Source: an uncultured Actinomycetota bacterium
Lineage (GTDB): Bacteria > Actinomycetota > Actinomycetes > JAFAQI01
Length of the DNA stretch: 64,000 nt
Reading direction: 5' to 3'
NCBI GenBank assembly: GCA_963770565.1
Contig: CAVYQE010000002.1
Span: 576,001-640,000, forward strand
Positions 19,232 through 29,624 of this stretch are shown here, in pieces. The notes under the pieces were generated by a model. It was given only the letters and a program-made list of their open reading frames with translations. It was not told the DNA's origin and ran no database searches. Every line of letters begins with the position of its first letter. Within the stretch, counting starts at the first letter, position 1. Made by a program: the position numbers and the translations under genes.

Positions 19232-19966
19232 TCAGGCCGGTCGCGCCCCGAGCACGATGTTGCCAGCGGTCCCCGTCACCGTGACGCCGACCGTCGAGAA
19301 CGTGACCGAATTCAGGCTGACCCGAAACGGCAGCCCGCGCAGTGGAAGTACCACCTTCCACGATCGGAGGGTGCTTCGAAGTAGCGCTGCCCCGACCGCA
19401 ACCGGCGATGACGGTGCCCGCTGGAGCCGACTGACGCCGAGCCTGACCTCGTTGCCGGACAGCGACAAGGCCGCGACTCCTTGCAGGACGGCGGTCTTCT
19501 TGCCGACCCGCAGTCGGTCCACCACCGTTGCTTGCGTGCCACCCGCCGCCCGAATCGAGATCCGCTGACCCACCGGGCTGTGCGTGCTCAGGTAGGTATT
19601 GACCTCGGCGATCGACACGAGTGCCGTGGCGCTGACCCGGTCGACCGGCACCAGCGAAACGGACCCCCGCAGCACCTTGCTGAACCGAATGTGTACGCCG
19701 TGCAGGCTTGCGGTCAGGCTCGAAACGGTCAGGCCGTTGACCACCACGTCATTCGCCTTGACCGTAATGTTCGAATATTTGCCGCTGATGGCCTGAGTGA
19801 GGAACGGAAACCCGCCGATCGACGCGTCCGGACGACCGTCGAGGTGTTCGTCGGTTTGCAACTTGCCGGCCAACACGTGCGCTGCCACGATCGCGCCGAG
19901 CCGGTCGGCCGCCACCAACACTGCGAGCAGGAAGATCAGAACCGCGATCAGGAACCGGCGAAACAC
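19232..19966 (-). CDS. lmeA: LmeA / DUF2993 family protein
   Basis: N-terminal TM, ADR, IGGFPFLTQ; synteny with glnR-mshD. Confidence 0.75.
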   Translation of the reverse strand: MFRRFLIAVLIFLLAVLVAADRLGAIVAAHVLAGKLQTDEHLDGRPDASIGGFPFLTQAISGKYSNITVKANDVVVNGLTVSSLTASLHGVHIRFSKVLRGSVSLVPVDRVSATALVSIAEVNTYLSTHSPVGQRISIRAAGGTQATVVDRLRVGKKTAVLQGVAALSLSGNEVRLGVSRLQRAPSSPVAVGAALLRSTLRSWKVVLPLRGLPFRVSLNSVTFSTVGVTVTGTAGNIVLGARPA

Positions 19967-19973
19967 TGGGTCA

Positions 19974-20228
19974 CTAGCCTCCCGCGAAGGGCGGTAGCAC
20001 CTCGACAGTGCCTCCGGCGGACAGCTCGACGCCCGCGTGATCGCGACCGCCCACCGGCGCTTCGTCCACGATGAACGAGCACCGTGCGAGGACTCTACTC
20101 AGCGCCTCGTCGTGACGCAGCCGAATCGAGTCAAGAGCTTCAGACAAGGTGCGGGCGTCGTACGGCTCCTCGGCAACGCCGGCCGCCTCGCGGGCCGCGG
20201 CCCAATACCGAACAACCCCCTCGGGCAT
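19974..20228 (-). CDS. MoaD/ThiS family sulfur carrier
   Basis: RYWAAAREAAG, C-terminal VLPPFAGG. Confidence 0.9.
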   Translation of the reverse strand: MPEGVVRYWAAAREAAGVAEEPYDARTLSEALDSIRLRHDEALSRVLARCSFIVDEAPVGGRDHAGVELSAGGTVEVLPPFAGG

Positions 20229-20231
20229 CGG

Positions 20232-21023
20232 CTACCGACCCGGGCCGCGAGCGAGCAACTCGGGAAGGTGCCGGCCGATCCGATCGAGCAGCTCCGGGGT
20301 GGCCGCACTTTCGGCGTGGCCGAATCCCTCGACCAGCCACAGCTCCTTGGGCTCACGGGCGGCGTCGTACAACGCCTGGGGATGGTCGACCGGGAAGTAG
20401 TGGTCGCGGTCACCGTGAATGAGCAGCAACGGAATCGGGCTGATCCGCGGGACAACGTCGCTCGGAGACTCCGGCGGCGCCTGCGGATCCCAGCCGATCG
20501 GGGAGATCCGCGTGCGCAACGCCCGACGCGCGATCAACCGGCCGAGGCGGGTTTCGATCGCCCAATGCACCCGGCGCATCGGCGTCGTGTCGCGGTAGTA
20601 CCACCGGGACGGCCCGGACACGCTGATGACCGCGTCGACCCCACCGTGCAGCGCGGCGTGCCGGAGCACCACCGTGGCACCCATCGACCACCCGCAGGTG
20701 ACGACCGACCGATAACCCAGCCGGCGCGCCGCCGCCACCGCGGCGTCGAGGTCGAGGACCTCACGATGCCCGAGCGTCGACTGCCCGGTGGAACGCCCAT
20801 GACCGCGGAAGTCAAAAGCGATGACGCCGGCGTAGCGGGATAGGGCGGCGACGATGCTACGGATCCCGGGCCGGTCAAGGGATTGGGTGAACCCGTGCGC
20901 CACCACGACCACGGTGTCCCGCACCGGGTCGGGCCCTTCGACGTGAACTGCCTCCAGCCGTTCGCCGTCAGCGGTGTGCAGCGCGAGCCGATCCCAGGTC
21001 GGCGACAGCGGGGCCGAGGACAC
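20232..21023 (-). CDS. alpha/beta hydrolase
   Basis: AHGF, DFRGHG, GWSMG nucleophile elbow, HGDRD, GFGHAE. Confidence 0.9.
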   Translation of the reverse strand: MSSAPLSPTWDRLALHTADGERLEAVHVEGPDPVRDTVVVVAHGFTQSLDRPGIRSIVAALSRYAGVIAFDFRGHGRSTGQSTLGHREVLDLDAAVAAARRLGYRSVVTCGWSMGATVVLRHAALHGGVDAVISVSGPSRWYYRDTTPMRRVHWAIETRLGRLIARRALRTRISPIGWDPQAPPESPSDVVPRISPIPLLLIHGDRDHYFPVDHPQALYDAAREPKELWLVEGFGHAESAATPELLDRIGRHLPELLARGPGR

Positions 21024-21174
21024 TCGGCTATCCTCGCCTAGTCGGGCCCGGGCAGCGCCGCCCCCCGTGGGATTGGCGCCTCGCCGGGCCATTTCTTTTC
21101 GCGCCAGTCGCGACACGGTGCCGGCACGTTCACGGGCCGCAGCCCAGCCGGCCGGGAAATGAAAGGATCACGCC

Positions 21175-21963
21175 GTGGCGAGCTTGGTGCTCTTGACCGG
21201 TGCCTCTGGTGCCTCGACGGACGTGTTGCCCAACCTCGCATTGCTTCCGCACGTCATCCGGGTGCTGCCGCTCGACGTCGCGCCGCTGCTTGATGCGCCG
21301 CCGAGCGACGTCATCCTGATCGACGCGCGCCGCGATCTCGCCGCCGCCCGCCAGACCTGCCGGGTGCTTCGTACCACTGGCGCCGATGCTCCCCTGCTCG
21401 CGGTGGTGACCGAAGGCGGGCTGGCCGCGGTCGCCGCCGACTGGGGCTTCGACGACGTCCTGCTCGACAACGCCGGACCCGCCGAGATCGAGGCCCGGCT
21501 GCGAATCGCCATCGGTCGCGCAACCGCGAGCCGCGAGTCGTCACCGGTAACCAGTGCGGAGATCCGCTCAGGTGACCTGAGCATCGACGAGGCGACGTAC
21601 CAGGCGAGGCTGGGCAACCGTGGTCTGGACCTGACCTTCAAGGAGTTCGAGCTGCTGAAGTTTCTCGCCCAGCATCCGGGCCGAGTTTTCAGCCGGGCGC
21701 AGCTGCTGCAAGAGGTCTGGGGATACGACTACTTCGGCGGCACCCGCACGGTCGACGTACACGTCCGGCGACTGCGCGCCAAGCTCGGCCCCGACCGTGA
21801 GGCGCTGATCGGCACGGTCCGCAACGTCGGCTACAAGTTCGTCGTTCAACCATTGACAGCACTGCCGATGACGCCGGACACCGCCGATGCGGCTGCGGAT
21901 GCTGACAACCCAGCGGTCGACACGCCATCCGCCGCATCCGCGGATGCACAGGCGATGCGGTAG
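21175..21963 (+). CDS. glnR: orphan OmpR-family response regulator GlnR
   Basis: Atypical receiver, [51 protein letters not shown]; next to mshD as for Rv0818/Rv0819. Confidence 0.85.
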   Translation: MASLVLLTGASGASTDVLPNLALLPHVIRVLPLDVAPLLDAPPSDVILIDARRDLAAARQTCRVLRTTGADAPLLAVVTEGGLAAVAADWGFDDVLLDNAGPAEIEARLRIAIGRATASRESSPVTSAEIRSGDLSIDEATYQARLGNRGLDLTFKEFELLKFLAQHPGRVFSRAQLLQEVWGYDYFGGTRTVDVHVRRLRAKLGPDREALIGTVRNVGYKFVVQPLTALPMTPDTADAAADADNPAVDTPSAASADAQAMR

Positions 21964-21973
21964 ACCAACTGTT

Positions 21974-22858
21974 GTGTCGGCCGGCCGAATCGAGTGGCAA
22001 CCGTCGCTCTCGGCCGCGCAGATCGACGAAGTCCTGGCCCTGATCGCCCGGGTCACCGAGCTCGAGGGCCGCAAGCCGGTATCCGAACGCGTGGTCTTAC
22101 AGGTCCGGCACAACGGTGCGGCCGACACCCGGCATGGACTCCTGCGGTCGGACCGCGAGTTGGTCGGCTACGCGCAGCTCAACGTCCCCGAGTCGGTGGC
22201 CGAGCTCGCCGCCGTCGACTCCGTCGCGATCCGCGCTCTGGTCGATGGGCTCGTCGCCGAATCCGGCCGGGAGCTTCGAGTCTGGGCTCACGGGCAGTCC
22301 GCCGCGAGTGCGCCGGTCCTTCGCGATCTCGGCTTCGCGCCGCAACGTGTCCTGTTCCAAATGCGCCGATCGCTGACCGAGCCAACCCTTAGCGACCCGG
22401 CCTGGCCGAACGGCGTGACCGTCCGCACCTTCGTCGTGGACCAGGACGAAGCGGCCTGGCTCGCGGTCAACAGCGCGGCGTTCGCCGATCACCCCGAGCA
22501 GTCGAACTGGTCGATCGACGACATTCGCGCCCGCGAGAAGCAGCCCTGGTTCGACCCGGCCGGATTCTTTCTCGCCGAACGCGCGGGCGAGCTCGTCGGC
22601 TTCCACTGGACCAAGGTGCACAAGCCCGCCGGCGACGACCATGAACCGGTCGGCGAGGTCTATGTCGTCGGGGTCGCGCCGTCCATGCAGGGCCAGCACC
22701 TCGGCTCGGCCCTCACGCTGATCGGGTTGATCCATCTGCGCGACCTCGGGCTGCATACCGTGAAGCTGTACGTCGACGAGTCCAACCAGGCCGCGGTCAG
22801 GGTCTACGAACGGCTCGGCTTCGCCCGGTGGGACGTCGACATCTGCTTCCAGCGCTAG
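21974..22858 (+). CDS. mshD: mycothiol synthase
   Basis: Tandem GNAT; [46 protein letters not shown]. Confidence 0.95.
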   Translation: MSAGRIEWQPSLSAAQIDEVLALIARVTELEGRKPVSERVVLQVRHNGAADTRHGLLRSDRELVGYAQLNVPESVAELAAVDSVAIRALVDGLVAESGRELRVWAHGQSAASAPVLRDLGFAPQRVLFQMRRSLTEPTLSDPAWPNGVTVRTFVVDQDEAAWLAVNSAAFADHPEQSNWSIDDIRAREKQPWFDPAGFFLAERAGELVGFHWTKVHKPAGDDHEPVGEVYVVGVAPSMQGQHLGSALTLIGLIHLRDLGLHTVKLYVDESNQAAVRVYERLGFARWDVDICFQR

Positions 22859-22865
22859 ACCGGCC

Positions 22866-22915
22866 AAGCAATGTCACATTGCCTAGCCAAATCCGGGGGT
22901 CGAGTCACAGTGCTT
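22866..22915. repeat. palindromic REP/MITE-like element, copy 2 (short form)
   Basis: AAGCAATGTCACATTGCC...GTCACAGTGCTT between convergent genes. Confidence 0.75.
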
Positions 22916-23342
22916 AGGACTTGCGGCGGAGCCGGTCGGCCCAGCGCCGCTGGCTCGGCGCTGTGATCGACGCACTCGGTGCACTCGACGTACTCGGGCT
23001 CGGGATCGACGACTGAGGCGCATCGGTCGGATGTGCGGGTGGCGGCGGAGTGGGCGGTGCGTCGTAGTCAGTGGCCGCGATGATCTTCACGATCGCGTCC
23101 GCATCGAGGTCGTCGCTGTCCGGAATCTGAGGCACGAAGCCGACCAGTACGCCGTCCCGTAGCACCATCGCCTCGAGACCAGCCGCACCGTCGTTGTCCC
23201 AGATCGCCTCGCGGCCATCGGGGATCACGATCCGGACGCCCACGTTGTAGACCCCGGCACGGCGATTGACGTGCGCGAAGATCGAACGGGCCCGCAACTG
23301 CTCGACGACATCGACCGCGATCGCCTCTTCCATGGCAACCAC
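22914..23342 (-). CDS. hypothetical protein
   Basis: Globular-looking N-terminus ([27 protein letters not shown]) with a Pro/Ser tail. Confidence 0.75.
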   Translation of the reverse strand: MVAMEEAIAVDVVEQLRARSIFAHVNRRAGVYNVGVRIVIPDGREAIWDNDGAAGLEAMVLRDGVLVGFVPQIPDSDDLDADAIVKIIAATDYDAPPTPPPPAHPTDAPQSSIPSPSTSSAPSASITAPSQRRWADRLRRKS

Positions 23343-23369
23343 GCTATGTCGTCGCGATGTGAAGACCCC

Positions 23370-24383
23370 TCAGATTCGCCAGGTCAGGTAGTCGGGAGAT
23401 TCCTCCGTACCCCGCCGGATCCGTTCCATGTCGACCGCCACCATTTGCCGGATGACATCGGCGAGCGGCGTCTGTGCGGCCCAGCCGAGCTCATGTCGGG
23501 CCCGGGACGGATCGCCCAACAACTGCTCCGAGTCGGCCGGGCGGGCGATGGCCGGGTCTTCCTGCACGTGGGCCCACGGATCGTCGATACCGGCGCAACC
23601 GAACGCGGTCGTGACGAAGTCGCGCAGCGACGTCGCGGTCCCGGTTGCGACCACAAAGTCCTGCGCGGTCGGCTGCTGGAGCATCAGCCACATCGCGCGC
23701 ACGTAGTCCGACGCCGCGCCCCAGTCGCGTCGTACGTCGAGGGTCCCCAGCCTGAGCTCCGTGCGCAGGCCGGCCGAGATCTCGGCGGCGGCGCGGGTGA
23801 TCTTGCGGGTGACGAACTGCGGGCGCCGCAGAGGGCTCTCGTGGTTGAACAAGATTCCGTTGCAGGCGAACAGGTCGTACTCGGTCCGGAACCGCACGGT
23901 GCTGTCGTGCGCGATCCGCTTCGCATAGCCGTACGGGCTCTGCGGCGCGCGCGGCGAGCCCTCACTCAGTGGCTGCGACTGGCCCGGCCCGAAGATCTCC
24001 GCACTCGACGCCTGAAAGAACCGCGGGGCCTGGCCGCATTCGTCGCGATAGCGAACCAGGATCTCGAGGAGCCGCCCCACCGACGTCCCATTGACCTCGC
24101 CCACCTCGCGCGCGTCGTCCCACGACGAACCGACCGAGCTCAGCGCGGCGAGGTTGTAGACCTCGTTCGGCCGGACCGCGAACACCAACCGGCGCATCTC
24201 GGCCGCGTCGCGGATGTCGACCTCGACCACATCGACCCCATGCAGGTACGGCGCGAACTGGGTCGCGGCGTCGCTGCCGGGTGGCACCGTGCCGGTGATC
24301 CGGTAGCCCTGGCCGCCGAGGAATTGGGCCAGGTAGATCCCGTCCTGACCGGCGATGCCCGTAATGAGCGCATCCCTGTCCAC
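23370..24383 (-). CDS. GDP-mannose 4,6-dehydratase-like protein (divergent paralogue)
   Basis: [47 protein letters not shown]. Confidence 0.88.
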   Translation of the reverse strand: MDRDALITGIAGQDGIYLAQFLGGQGYRITGTVPPGSDAATQFAPYLHGVDVVEVDIRDAAEMRRLVFAVRPNEVYNLAALSSVGSSWDDAREVGEVNGTSVGRLLEILVRYRDECGQAPRFFQASSAEIFGPGQSQPLSEGSPRAPQSPYGYAKRIAHDSTVRFRTEYDLFACNGILFNHESPLRRPQFVTRKITRAAAEISAGLRTELRLGTLDVRRDWGAASDYVRAMWLMLQQPTAQDFVVATGTATSLRDFVTTAFGCAGIDDPWAHVQEDPAIARPADSEQLLGDPSRARHELGWAAQTPLADVIRQMVAVDMERIRRGTEESPDYLTWRI

Positions 24384-24431
24384 GCGCGCAGACACTACAG
24401 TCTCTGCGGACGAGCCACCGAGAGGGATGAG

Positions 24432-25442
24432 ATGCCGAAGCGGGCCCTGATCACCGGAATCACCGGTCAGGACGGCTCGTACCTTGCCGAGCTGCTGCTC
24501 GACAAGGGGTACGAGGTGCACGGCATCATCCGGCGTGCGTCGACCTTCAACACCCACCGGATCGACCATCTGTACGTCGACGCGCACGACCCGAGCGCTC
24601 GGCTGTTCCTGCATTTCGGCGATCTCACCGACGGCACCCGGCTGGTCACGCTGCTGACCAAGGTGCAACCGGACGAGGTCTACCACCTGGCCGCGCAGAC
24701 CCACGTGCGGGTGTCGTTCGACGAGCCGGAGTACACCGGGCTGACCACCGGGCTCGGCACCACTCGGCTGCTCGAGGCCATCCGCGCGACCGGTCTCGCG
24801 ACCCGCTTCTATCAAGCGTCGTCGTCGGAGATGTTCGGCGCGGCGCCCCCGCCGCAGGACGAGTCGACCCCGTTCCACCCTCGATCGCCGTACGGCGTTG
24901 CCAAGGTCTACTCGTACTGGATGGCCCGCAACTACCGCGAGGCCTACGGGTTGTTCGCGTGCAACGGCATCCTGTTCAACCACGAGTCTCCGCGGCGTGG
25001 GGGCACCTTCGTCACCCGCAAGATCACCCGCGCGGTCGCCGCGATCGCGGCCGGCGAGCAGGAGCACCTCTACCTCGGCAACCTCGACGCGATCCGGGAT
25101 TGGGGCTACGCCCCCGAGTACGTCGAAGCCATGTGGCAGATGCTCCAGCAGGACGAACCGTCCGACTACGTCGTCGCGACCGGTGCGCCGTACTCAGTGC
25201 GCGATTTCGTGCAGTACGCCTTCGACCATGCCGGACTCGATTGGCAGCGGCACGTGCGATTCGACGAGCGCTACCTGAGACCGGCCGAGGCCGACGCCCT
25301 CGTCGGTGACGCGAGCAAGGCGGCCACCGAGCTCGGCTGGAAGCCCTCCGTGTTGACGCCCGATTTGGCCCGGATCATGGTCGACGCGGACCGCGCGATG
25401 CTCGAGGCGCCCGCGAACCCGGCAGAGCAGCCGCGCACGTAG
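24432..25442 (+). CDS. gmd: GDP-mannose 4,6-dehydratase
   Basis: [62 protein letters not shown]. Confidence 0.96.
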   Translation: MPKRALITGITGQDGSYLAELLLDKGYEVHGIIRRASTFNTHRIDHLYVDAHDPSARLFLHFGDLTDGTRLVTLLTKVQPDEVYHLAAQTHVRVSFDEPEYTGLTTGLGTTRLLEAIRATGLATRFYQASSSEMFGAAPPPQDESTPFHPRSPYGVAKVYSYWMARNYREAYGLFACNGILFNHESPRRGGTFVTRKITRAVAAIAAGEQEHLYLGNLDAIRDWGYAPEYVEAMWQMLQQDEPSDYVVATGAPYSVRDFVQYAFDHAGLDWQRHVRFDERYLRPAEADALVGDASKAATELGWKPSVLTPDLARIMVDADRAMLEAPANPAEQPRT

Positions 25443-25458
25443 GGACCTGCGACACCGA

Positions 25459-25644
25459 TCAGGTGCAGGCGCGGCAACGGCCGAGCGCGATCCGCGACCG
25501 CTCGCTCAATGCCATCTCGCGGTGGCAGACCGAGCAGACGAAGAACTCCTCCGGCTCCTCGTGCTGGCCGCGGCTGACCTTGGTCAGCGCGGCCGCGCGA
25601 GCGCGCTGAAGACGCTCGCGGGCGGAACCGCTAGTCGTAGCCAT
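25459..25644 (-). CDS. small putative zinc-binding protein
   Basis: CSVC-x15-CRAC at the C-terminus; downstream of marR on the same strand. Confidence 0.55.
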   Translation of the reverse strand: MATTSGSARERLQRARAAALTKVSRGQHEEPEEFFVCSVCHREMALSERSRIALGRCRACT

Positions 25645-25776
25645 GACCACCATCTACTCGGACCGGGTACTCGCACCGCAGAGTCGGACGAATCTAGGCA
25701 ATTCATCGACACCGAACTTGAACGGATGCTGACCCGTTCGGACCGCCCGGGCCCGTCCAGTGGGCGCAGCAGGTCC

Positions 25777-26310
25777 TCAGCCGTCTGGCGCCGCGCACGG
25801 CCCCGGACCGCGGTCGGCCTTCATCCGGCCGTACCCCGGGTGCACGCCACGAGTGAGGCCCTGATCGTCGGCGATCCGGTGCAACAGGTCGGAGAGCTCC
25901 TGCCGCTCAGCGCCGGTCAGCGTCGCCAACAGATCGCGCTCGGCCTGCCGACCCACCGCCGACAGCTCGTCCAACATCTGCTCACCGGCGTCGCTCAGAT
26001 ACAGCAAGTGGACCCGGCGATCCCGGTCGTCGCGCCGGCGCTGCACCAACCCCCGCGACTCGAGCTCGTCGATGAATCCGACCATCCGGCTCGCCGGTAC
26101 GCCGAACTCGTCGGCGATCGCCTGCTGGCTCCGGCCGGGAGACTCGTCGACCGCCCGCAGTACGCCGACCTGTGGAGGGGTCAGGCCGGTCGGTTGGATC
26201 CGCTGGGCATAGGTGAAGGCAGAATGGGCACCTAGCTGAGAGAGCAGGAACCCGACGCCGATCACCGGCGGCCGGGCGGAGCGTGCCTGAGGGCTGCCAC
26301 GGTCCGCCAT
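25777..26310 (-). CDS. MarR family regulator
   Basis: GLTPPQ..VL, SQQAIA, IDELE.RGLV.R..D..DRRV; divergent from the MMPL gene. Confidence 0.92.
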   Translation of the reverse strand: MADRGSPQARSARPPVIGVGFLLSQLGAHSAFTYAQRIQPTGLTPPQVGVLRAVDESPGRSQQAIADEFGVPASRMVGFIDELESRGLVQRRRDDRDRRVHLLYLSDAGEQMLDELSAVGRQAERDLLATLTGAERQELSDLLHRIADDQGLTRGVHPGYGRMKADRGPGPCAAPDG

Positions 26311-26413
26311 GGCAAGATAATACTCTTTGCCAAATCATTCGTCATGTGAAAGGTTCTCGATTGGAACGAATCTGGCAGTATGAGACGACCGGCGGGAAGG
26401 AAGGGCCGAGGGT

Positions 26414-28576
26414 ATGAGTGCAGGGTCGAACGGCGGGTCGCGGACCATGATCGGTCGCGTCGCAGAGTTCGTGTTGACCCATCGTCGCTGGGTGATGATC
26501 GGCTGGCTGGTGGTGTTCCTCGCCGGCGGCGCCGCCGCTTCGAAGGTCTCCAGCCGGCTGTCGGTCGACTTCTCGCTTCCTGGCCAGCCCGGCTACGAGA
26601 CCGCGAAGCAGCTCACCACGGTCTACGGGCCCAACGCGACGATCGGGTTCACCAGCATCGGCGTGCTGACTCCGCCGGCCGGGCACAACGCTGCCCAGGA
26701 AGGCGCGGCACTGACCCGCGCCGCGAGCGCGATCGAGTCTGCGCTGCCCGGCACTCGGGTCGTTGATTACGCCAACACGCACGACCAGCGCTTCATCGGG
26801 TCCAACCAGCGCACGACGGTGGCCCTGATCTTCAGCCCGCAGCCGGTGTCATTCTCGTCAGACCCGACTCCGGCCCTGAAGCACGCGCTCGCGACCGCAT
26901 TGCCCGGCTGGCAGACCGGGATCACCGGGCTTGAACAGCTCTCAGCCGGCGGCGATACGAACGGGCCGGGCGTGTTGGCCGAGACGCTGATCGGTGGAGC
27001 CGGTGCGCTGATCGTGCTGGCCTTCGTGTTCGCGTCGCTGCTCGCATTCGTGCCACTGCTGATCGCCGCGGTCTCGATCCTGACGACTTTCCTCGTCGTA
27101 CTCGGTTTGACCACGATCACCGAGGTGTCGTTCATCGTCGAGTTCCTCGTGGCCCTGGTTGGCCTCGGGCTGGCGATCGACTACAGCCTGTTGCTCGTCA
27201 CCCGCTGGCGCGAAGAACGCGAGCGCGGCCTGTCCAACCACGACGCGGTGGTGCGCGCAGCCGAGACCGCGGGTCGCACGGTCGCGGTCTCCGGCGTCAC
27301 GGTGGCGATCGGCTTGTTCGCGTTGATCGTGCTGCCGGTGCCAGGACTGCGAAGCGTCGGCATCGGCGGCGTCTTGATCCCGCTGATCTCGACCACGGTC
27401 GTCCTGACCCTGCTGCCGGCCCTGCTGGGCGGCATCGGGCCACGCGCCGACTGGCCACGGATCCGGCACGAAGCGAACGCGAGCCGCGCGTGGACCCGCT
27501 GGGCCAACCTGGTCGTGAAGCAACGCTGGCTCGGTGCCGGCGTGGCGGTCGTCCTCCTCGCCCTGCTGCTGAGTCCGATCTTCGGGCTCAAGGTCGGCGA
27601 GACGAGCGTCTCGGCTCTGGCTCAGAACGGCTCGGCGCACGACGTCTACACCCAGATGACGAGCCAAGGGATCAGTCCCGGGATCCTCACGCCGCTCGAC
27701 GTGTTCACCACGTCACGTGCCGCGCCCGCGGCGCTCAAGGCCACCGGCCGGGCGAGCGGGGTCAGCACCGCCACGCTGCCCGACGGGCCGACCGGCTCGC
27801 GGCGCGGCTATGCCGACATCATCGCGATCCCTGACGTCGTGACCGTCAACAGCAAGACCCTCGCGCCGGTACGCAGCGTGCAGGCGAACGTGAAGGGCAT
27901 CCCCGGCGTGATCGGGGTCGCCGGTGCGGGCCCGGTTCAACAGGACTACATCCACGCGGTCTACGGTCACTTCCCGCTGATGTTCACGTTGATCGCGCTC
28001 GCCACCTTGATCCTGCTGATGCGCGCGTTCCGCTCCTTCGTGCTCGCCGTGAAGGCGGTCATTCTCAACCTGGTGTCGATGGGTGCGACCTTCGGCCTGC
28101 TGACGTTCTTCTGGCAGGAGGGCCACGGCTCGACCGCGCTGTTCGGCGTACCGGCAACCGGCGCGATCACGTTCTGGATCCCGCTGATGGTCTTCGCGTT
28201 CCTGTTCGGCCTCTCGATGGACTACGAGGTCTTCATCCTGAGCCGGATCCGCGAGGAGTACGACGGCGCACCCGCGAACGGCACTCAGGTCGCGGTGGTC
28301 CGAGGTCTCGGCCGGACCGGCCGGCTGGTGACGAGCGCGGCGCTCATCCTGTTCCTGGCGTTCGCGTCGCTTGCCTCGGGCCCGGACACCGACGTCAAGG
28401 TGCTGGCGACCGGCCTCGGGGTCGGCATCCTGCTCGACGCGACCATCGTCCGGGCCATGCTGGTGCCGGCGTTGATGGCCCTGATGGGCCGCTGGAACTG
28501 GTGGCTGCCGGACTCCTTCGCGCGGGTGCTGCGAGTCGCGCCCACATCGAGGCCGGCGGCGACGGTCACCACCTAG
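26414..28576 (+). CDS. MMPL/RND family transporter
   Basis: GLAIDYSLLLVTRWREE, GLSMDYEVFILSRIREEY, DATIVR.LVPA..NWW. Confidence 0.95.
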   Translation: MSAGSNGGSRTMIGRVAEFVLTHRRWVMIGWLVVFLAGGAAASKVSSRLSVDFSLPGQPGYETAKQLTTVYGPNATIGFTSIGVLTPPAGHNAAQEGAALTRAASAIESALPGTRVVDYANTHDQRFIGSNQRTTVALIFSPQPVSFSSDPTPALKHALATALPGWQTGITGLEQLSAGGDTNGPGVLAETLIGGAGALIVLAFVFASLLAFVPLLIAAVSILTTFLVVLGLTTITEVSFIVEFLVALVGLGLAIDYSLLLVTRWREERERGLSNHDAVVRAAETAGRTVAVSGVTVAIGLFALIVLPVPGLRSVGIGGVLIPLISTTVVLTLLPALLGGIGPRADWPRIRHEANASRAWTRWANLVVKQRWLGAGVAVVLLALLLSPIFGLKVGETSVSALAQNGSAHDVYTQMTSQGISPGILTPLDVFTTSRAAPAALKATGRASGVSTATLPDGPTGSRRGYADIIAIPDVVTVNSKTLAPVRSVQANVKGIPGVIGVAGAGPVQQDYIHAVYGHFPLMFTLIALATLILLMRAFRSFVLAVKAVILNLVSMGATFGLLTFFWQEGHGSTALFGVPATGAITFWIPLMVFAFLFGLSMDYEVFILSRIREEYDGAPANGTQVAVVRGLGRTGRLVTSAALILFLAFASLASGPDTDVKVLATGLGVGILLDATIVRAMLVPALMALMGRWNWWLPDSFARVLRVAPTSRPAATVTT

Positions 28577-29586
28577 CGCAACGCGTAGTGCCGAACGCCG
28601 TCGCGAACCGAGCGGGTTACCCGGCCCTGGGCCAGCAACAGGTCCAGGTGCGCGCCGCTCTCGCACACCGCGAGGAACTGGTTGAACACGTCGAGGTCGG
28701 CGAACGTACGCGCATGCCGGGTCCAGGTGACCGCGGCGGCGACCGCAGCCGCGGTGTCGGCGCCCCAGCCGAGCGCGGCCGCCATCGTCTCGAGCCGCAA
28801 CCGATGATGTTCGACCAGCTCGTCCACCCGGTCGTGCACGCTCGAGGTGACCGGCCCGTGCGCAGGCAGGAGCATCGCATCGGGTCGGGCCCGGACGATC
28901 GCCAATGAAGCCAGGAAAGCTCCGAGCGGGTTCTCGGCCAGCGCGGGCTCGAATCCGATCGACGGGGTGATCGTCGGCAGCACATGATCGCCGGCGAACA
29001 GCAGGGCGCCCGGGGTGTCGAAGAAGACGACGTGCCCTCGGGTGTGCCCGGGCGTCTCGACCACCTCGAGCGACCGGGTGCCCGCGATCACCACCTCGTT
29101 CGGGGTGAACCAGTCGTCGGGTAGCTCCCAGTCGCTCAGGTCGATCCGGCCATGGTGCTGCGCCATCCGGTCGGCGACATCACCCGCACCGAGCTCGCGG
29201 AGATAGGCGATCTGCTCCTGGGCGATCGCCCGGCCAGGGCGCATGGTGGTCTCGAGGGACCAGCGTTCCTCCGCGCCGAGCGTGACACGAGTGCCGAACT
29301 CGCGGCGAAGATGGACCGCCTGGCTGTAGTGATCGCGATGCATGTGCGTGACGAGAAAGCGCCGGACGTCGGCGAAGCCCACACCCAGCTCGCGAAGACC
29401 GGCCTGCAGTTGTTCCTTGCCGTCCGGGATCGCCCACCCGGAGTCGATCAGGATCGGACCATCGCTTCCGGTGATGGCGTACACGTTGACCGCACGCAGG
29501 CCGTCGTTCGGGAGTGGCAACGGGATCCGGTGCACGCCGGGCGCGACCTCGTAGACACCCGGAGTGGTCCAGTCGGTCTTCGTCAC
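28573..29586 (-). CDS. MBL-fold metallo-hydrolase
   Basis: THMHRDH, PGHTRGH, GDH, PAHG. Confidence 0.92.
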   Translation of the reverse strand: MTKTDWTTPGVYEVAPGVHRIPLPLPNDGLRAVNVYAITGSDGPILIDSGWAIPDGKEQLQAGLRELGVGFADVRRFLVTHMHRDHYSQAVHLRREFGTRVTLGAEERWSLETTMRPGRAIAQEQIAYLRELGAGDVADRMAQHHGRIDLSDWELPDDWFTPNEVVIAGTRSLEVVETPGHTRGHVVFFDTPGALLFAGDHVLPTITPSIGFEPALAENPLGAFLASLAIVRARPDAMLLPAHGPVTSSVHDRVDELVEHHRLRLETMAAALGWGADTAAAVAAAVTWTRHARTFADLDVFNQFLAVCESGAHLDLLLAQGRVTRSVRDGVRHYALR

Positions 29587-29624
29587 TCGACCTGTTTACA
29601 CGCCCGGGTCTGTTTCCCTCGAGA

